From NCBI GenBank assembly GCA_030638935.1, contig DAOWDR010000532.1, positions 1 through 24,601 on the forward strand: 24,601 bases of DNA, written 5' to 3'. Position numbers and translations under genes: made by a program. This DNA comes from Desulfobacteraceae bacterium. GTDB taxonomy: Bacteria > Desulfobacterota > Desulfobacteria > Desulfobacterales > Desulfobacteraceae. The notes beneath the pieces were generated by a model. It did no database searches, was not told where the DNA came from, and saw only the letters and a list, made by a program, of their open reading frames with translations. This document shows positions 22,391-24,601 of the stretch, in pieces; position 1 is the stretch's first letter, and each line of letters begins with the position of its first letter.

Positions 22391-23710
22391 CTATAATTTC
22401 CCTTGGGGTAATTCAAAATTCAAAGGCTGTCCCTGCCTGATAAATCCGCTTCCCTTGGACACAACCAGGTCCTTTGTACTAAGCCCGGCTGTCACAACCA
22501 CATTTTCCTCACCAACAAGGGTTTCAAAGGTGATAATTTGTTTTCTGGCTTTTTTTGTTTGAGGATCCACCAGAAAAACCTGGGCAGAATTTTTAGACAC
22601 ACCCATAAGGCTCTCCAAGGGAATGACAAGCTTTGACAAATTTTTGTCCAGGGGGGGGGTATGGATGCTCACTTCGGCTGTCATACCTGGAAAAATCAGA
22701 TCAGAACCCTTGGGAGTTACGGCAAACACGAATTCATAGGTACCCGTGGTCCTGTCTGCCCGGGTGCTGTATTGGACAAGCCGGGCTTGGAACCGTTGGT
22801 TTCCTTTGGTCAAAAACCTTGCCTCACAGATATTTTGTCCCTCCCTGTCCAAAAAAAAGTTCACCTTATTTTCCGGCACATCCACGGGAATTTCAATGGT
22901 GGATATATTGTGAAGACTCATCACAGGTTCTCCCTGGCCCACCATTTCAAATGCCTGGGGCAAACGGCTGGTTACCACACCGTCAAAGGGAGCTTTAAGA
23001 CAGGTATCCCCCAAACGGTCCCTTGCGATTTCCAGTTGAACTCTAAGCTCTTCAATCCCGGCCCGGGCCGCTGTTATATCTTCCTTTCTGGATCCGCTTT
23101 TTTCCCTGGCAAGCTGTTGTTCCAAGGAGATGGTTTTTGTCCTAAGAATTTGAACGGCATTCCTGCTCCTGTCATAGGCCTGTTCAGACACTGCATTATT
23201 TTTTAAAAGAAATTCATGGCGTTTCAATTCTTTTTGGGCAAGGTCCAGGTCTGATCTGGATGCCTGGATGGATTGTTCAATGATAAGAACATCCTCTTTC
23301 CTGGCACCGGTTTGCATCTTTTGGAGATTGGCTTGGGCAGATTTGAGTTTGCTTTCCATGACATCAACCTGGCGCTGGTAATCCCTATCATCCAATTGCA
23401 ATAGTAATTGCCCTTTTGTCACCTGGTCACCGGGGCTGGCATGGACCTGATATAACGGGCCTGAATCCCTGAAAAACAGTGTGGCATACTTGCTTGCACG
23501 GGCCCGTCCCGGCAGGGTAATCCCCTGGCCATTCTTAAGGTGCCAGGGATAAACCACGGCCACGGACCGGGCCGGATCGGCCGATGTCAGAGTGGATGCC
23601 GATACCAGCCCTGTTGGGTTTTCAGACACCCCATATTGCTGGGAAACCACCGCAACAAGACAGATCAACAGTCCGGATATTACCAGACCCCCTCTTATTT
23701 TTTTCTTCAT
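22391..23710 (-). CDS. RND periplasmic adaptor (membrane fusion protein)
   Basis: N-terminal TM anchor; lipoyl halves PGDQVTKGQLLLQLD and LKAPFDGVV; long coiled coil; ends 5 nt before the permease start. Confidence 0.93.
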   Translation of the reverse strand: MKKKIRGGLVISGLLICLVAVVSQQYGVSENPTGLVSASTLTSADPARSVAVVYPWHLKNGQGITLPGRARASKYATLFFRDSGPLYQVHASPGDQVTKGQLLLQLDDRDYQRQVDVMESKLKSAQANLQKMQTGARKEDVLIIEQSIQASRSDLDLAQKELKRHEFLLKNNAVSEQAYDRSRNAVQILRTKTISLEQQLAREKSGSRKEDITAARAGIEELRVQLEIARDRLGDTCLKAPFDGVVTSRLPQAFEMVGQGEPVMSLHNISTIEIPVDVPENKVNFFLDREGQNICEARFLTKGNQRFQARLVQYSTRADRTTGTYEFVFAVTPKGSDLIFPGMTAEVSIHTPPLDKNLSKLVIPLESLMGVSKNSAQVFLVDPQTKKARKQIITFETLVGEENVVVTAGLSTKDLVVSKGSGFIRQGQPLNFELPQGKL

Positions 23711-24300
23711 TTCATATTATCCTTATTTTGGGTCATCCATTCCCGTGTTTTTGGAGTTGCCATCCCTGTCAAAAACGTCTGGATCACAAGCCCTGGAGCT
23801 TCATTTGGCGCGATATCTCCGCTTTGTACCTTTTCCCATGCCGCAAACACAAGGCTATCCAGGGAGGTGATCAACCAGGCCAGGGGAATATCTTTGCCAA
23901 CCACGCCTTCATTTTTCAACTGGGCACACAGGCTCCCGGCCTGGTCCAGGTGTTTCTGGTAGGTTTCCATCACCCGGGGATTTTCATCCTTAAAGGGAAT
24001 ATTAAAATAGGTGGACACATTCAGGCTGGCCCCCAGGGGAATCATTTTTTGGACCATTTGGATCAATTTATCCCTTGCCGGGATATTCCTTTCTAAAATG
24101 GGCACGGCTGCAGAGTGCAATTTTTCACCTGCAGCAGCCTTTAATACGATATTCAAATCATTTCTGGATTTAAAATGCCGATAAATGGTTGCCCTTCCCA
24201 CCCCGGCTGCGGTTGCTATCTCTTCCAAAGAGGCATTGGGATTCTGGGCAATGCAGTCAATGGCCTGCTTAACTATCCTGTCCCTGGTGGTTTCTGCCAT
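23707..24300 (-). CDS. TetR/AcrR-family transcriptional regulator
   Basis: HTH TRDRIVKQA...ASLEEIATAAGVGRATIYRHFKSR; GGAG RBS; ATGA overlap with the MFP gene. Confidence 0.95.
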   Translation of the reverse strand: MAETTRDRIVKQAIDCIAQNPNASLEEIATAAGVGRATIYRHFKSRNDLNIVLKAAAGEKLHSAAVPILERNIPARDKLIQMVQKMIPLGASLNVSTYFNIPFKDENPRVMETYQKHLDQAGSLCAQLKNEGVVGKDIPLAWLITSLDSLVFAAWEKVQSGDIAPNEAPGLVIQTFLTGMATPKTREWMTQNKDNMK

Positions 24301-24310
24301 GGTTTCTCCA

Positions 24311-24364
24311 ATATTATTTCATCTCATTTGAGATTATATTGTCTCATTCGAGATGAAATAATAT
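24311..24364. promoter_or_regulatory. Tandem TetR operators nested in a 15-bp inverted repeat
   Basis: ATATTATTTCATCTC (24311-24325) and GAGATGAAATAATAT (24350-24364) are perfect inverted arms. Two quasi-palindromes, ATCTCATTTGAGAT (24321-24334) and GTCTCATTCGAGAT (24341-24354), repeat with a 20-bp period. Confidence 0.8.
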
Positions 24365-24385
24365 ATCTTTTTACAATTTTGTCAA
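24358..24385 (-). promoter_or_regulatory. sigma70 promoter of the tetR-MFP-RND operon
   Basis: TTGACA (24385-24380), 16 bp spacer, TATTAT (24363-24358); the -10 overlaps the operator arm. Confidence 0.7.
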
Positions 24386-24541
24386 CTATCACCAGCTTAA
24401 ATTAAGAGCAATTATCTAATTTACAAAAATATACAATACAGTTCAACCGAACTGATATAGGCTGAATCCGATTAATCAAATCCGACCTACTAAAAAACAA
24501 GGAACAAGATCCAAATATTTGCTATCAAGTTTTAATATTTA

Positions 24542-24583
24542 TTGATTTAGATCAAGTCTCTTTCGTACCGGCAGCGATATAAA
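24542..24583 (+). promoter_or_regulatory. Consensus FNR-type box with a class II-positioned -10, driving a gene beyond the right edge
   Basis: TTGAT-TTAG-ATCAA (24542-24555). Placing its centre at -41.5 predicts a -10 at 24578-24583, which reads TATAAA. Confidence 0.7.
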
Positions 24584-24601
24584 AGATTTAATAATCATAA
24601 A

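Noticed and set aside
19492-23206. Several plus-strand ORFs of 120-210 aa (19492, 20370, 21019, 22633, 22661)
   Set aside because: Antisense shadows of the RND and MFP genes.
24439-24485. Short inverted repeat CAGTTC-aacc-GAACTG and direct repeat AATCCGA x2
   Set aside because: 6-7 bp elements are expected by chance at this scale.
1-24601. Mobile elements, CRISPR arrays, tRNA or rRNA genes
   Set aside because: No transposase/integrase motifs, repeat-spacer periodicity or cloverleaf/rRNA signatures seen by eye.

Overview
Mostly intact bacterial chromosomal DNA. Gene content and style suggest a Desulfobacteraceae-like deltaproteobacterium (inference, not a database result). Left to right: the end of a 2-oxoacid:ferredoxin oxidoreductase operon (alpha fragment, beta, gamma) with a terminator; a small divergent hypothetical gene; and a collapsed taurine-desulfonation operon. 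In that operon the first 28 codons of xsc are joined directly to the frameshifted 3' part of a taurine:pyruvate aminotransferase gene, followed by an intact alanine dehydrogenase. Next come a selenoprotein the ORF track truncated (ArsC/Spx-like, in-frame TGA in a UxxC motif, followed by a SECIS-like hairpin) and an HDOD-GAF gene divergent from a class I adenylate cyclase plus a pseudo-receiver/TPR gene. Then a USP-GAF pair, an ABM protein, a small secreted protein, a cold-shock gene, and a fructokinase / SPS-SPP / sucrose phosphorylase operon. These are followed by a 705-aa LOG-family protein with what looks like a degenerate dCTP-deaminase domain, preceded by a small hypothetical gene. The window ends with a TetR-MFP-RND efflux operon carrying a double operator and a consensus FNR-type box pointing out of the window. 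I saw no rRNA, tRNA, CRISPR array or transposase.
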